Shown here: positions 62,219 through 64,000 of the stretch, in pieces
How positions within the stretch are numbered: position 1 is the stretch's first letter
Layout: every line of letters starts with the position of its first letter
Source of the DNA: Sphyrna mokarran
Lineage: Eukaryota
Direction: 5' to 3'
DNA length: 64,000 bases
NCBI GenBank assembly: GCA_024679065.1
Contig: JAGIQG010000006.1
Location: 75,640,001-75,704,000 of the forward strand
Notes under the pieces: model-generated
Databases searched by the model: none
Seen by the model: only the letters and a program-made list of their open reading frames with translations
Told to the model about the DNA's origin: nothing
Position numbers and translations under genes: made by a program

Positions 62219-64000
62219 TACCATCCCTCTTCACAGCTTTTTTGACTGATATTGGGTCCTCTCTTTTTTTCCCTCTTTTCTGTTTGATAATCCTGTAACC
62301 ACTAATAATAAGCTGCCAATCTGCCCTTCTTAAACCACATTTTAATAATAGTCATGATATAATTCTAAAGTCCTCTCACCAGCTGCATATTTAGCTGAAC
62401 TGCCTCCTATTTCTGCGCACATTAGGCATAATATTAGGCATAATCTTGAGATGTTCAACTTTGGCGCTTGCTTTTCAATTTGTTTTCTAGCTTCCTAAAA
62501 TCTGCCTGTAGGACCTCATTCCTCTTTCTATCTATATCATTGGAACAATTTGGACCATGGCTGGTGGCTGCTCACCCATCTCTCTTAGAATATTCTGTAT
62601 CATCTTCGTGACATCCTTGACCCTGGAACTGTGAGGCAACATAATATTGAGGCTGCAGAAATGCCTTTCTCTTCTCCTAACCAGTGAACCTCCTTTCACT
62701 ATTGTTTTCCTTTCTCTCCTCCTTCACATTCCCTGTAGAACTGACCCGCCCATGATGTTGTGAACTTGGATCTGACTGTATTCTTTTAAGTTGAACATTG
62801 GTTGGAGAAAGAACCACCTCACTTCCTGTTTGGATTTCCTGACAGTCACCCATTCCCTCTCTCATTCTTAAACTATTGAGTCACCACTTCTTGAAATGTG
62901 TTGTCCATTTAGCTAACAGTTTTGCAGATGCACCACAGTGAGACCAACTGCAGCTCTGAAGACAGAGTGAGAGATCCTCCAGATGACAGCACTTCTTGCA
63001 CTTGTGGTTGTATTGGGAAGTGTCCTGCAGTTTCCACGTGGCATACAATGAATATCTGACACGATTGAGGTGTTCTACCATCCATATATTAAATAGATTG
63101 ACTGAACTTAACAGAAATAAATTAAAGATCAATAGAAGGAACCTCACCAGCAATCTGATAGTTCCTTTTACTGATTTTACTTTCATGTTCCTTTTGGCTC
63201 ACATCTCATGCTCACGCTCCCTCTGGGCTCCGATCATTCTGCTGCTACAATTCCATTCTGTCTATGATCCTTATCTCTGGCTTTGGTCCAGGTGCTGCTC
63301 CCTACTAAACTTCTTTAGGTTCATGTTTCTTACTTCCAGCTCCAGTCTCTGCGTTGTTTCAGCCTCAAACTCCTTAAGATTTATGCTCCTTTTCCCAAAG
63401 CTTCCCAGTTTTTTTAATTTCCTGAACTTAAATACCAGAGCTGCAATGATGAGATGTCCCTGGAGCAATAGCCTGGCTCCATGAATAACTAGTTCAGGTA
63501 GTTAACACTATATCACCCCTCATTATTTTTGTACTTGTAACTATTTCTCGAATGAGTTAAAGCAGATCATAAATCTATGTTAAACCAAAATCTGCATAGT
63601 ACCAGTGAGAACATTCATAATGTGGGACAGTACTTATCATCCCTCCAAACTCTCCATGCTCATCTTAGCTCTGCTACGTGCAGAACTATTCTTTTTTAGG
63701 TATTATCAATTCCTTCAAGTTCTATTATCTATCATCATGAGCATTTTGTTCACCCTTATTGTGAGATATTTCCCTTTAGCAATAAGAATGATGTTGACAG
63801 AAGGACTTCCTTCCTGCATGATATTTGCAGAGTAATGTGTTCTTCATCTCAAATTGAAGCAAGTTATTTTAACCATTTATGCTCAATCCTAAGATCACTC
63901 TCAGAGTGACAAGGATGAGCTTGATACGTAAAGCTCCAGGAAACACTCATGGAACTGTACTTGCTCATACAATTATGAGCTTTCAGCAATATTGATTATG

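Larger units (their letters stand above)
60395..63530 (-). mobile_element. Long decayed CR1 LINE (ORF1 Zn-knuckle remnant, endonuclease, 3' end; most of RT missing)
   Basis: Minus remnants ATWKLQDTSQYNHKCKKCCHL (ORF1), ESNGTICIELRNKK..VYYR (EN), HIIMKGLNSVNGKGLFP..FSSRGCWES (3' end). Confidence 0.75.

Noticed and set aside
16478-64000. Intracellular juxtamembrane and kinase exons of TrkB
   Set aside because: No GPxSVISNDDD, NPQYF or kinase motifs recognised; they probably lie beyond the window
1-64000. CRISPR arrays, operons or other prokaryotic systems; remaining 60-160 aa ORFs
   Set aside because: No regularly spaced repeats; sequence is vertebrate intron/TE DNA and the short ORFs are random or TE-derived

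Overview
Eukaryotic (vertebrate) genomic DNA, very probably a shark/elasmobranch judging from HE1-type SINEs, CR1/L2/Rex LINE relics, Penelope-like palindromes and Harbinger-type elements. The only host gene visible is an internal portion of a Trk neurotrophin receptor, best matching NTRK2/TrkB, on the + strand. Six coding exons (1406-1542, 3081-3216, 4836-5138, 8417-8449, 11161-11264, 16378-16477) splice in frame with GT-AG sites and encode Ig1, the ligand-binding Ig2, the juxtamembrane linker and the TM helix ending in HSKFGMKG. I did not recognise the next constitutive (intracellular) exon in the remaining ~47 kb. That long intron holds a candidate alternative terminal exon for a kinase-less isoform with a non-T1 tail (GRQRHIVEW*, AATAAA plus GU-rich element), a candidate 18-nt in-frame microexon, and a CTCF-like site. 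It also holds nested and decayed transposons. Several palindromic Penelope-like relics across the window carry minimal hammerhead-ribozyme motifs, and a decayed CR1 contains a near-perfect ~165-bp inverted duplication. Exon coordinates were counted by hand; repeat boundaries are approximate and family names come from recall, not database searches.
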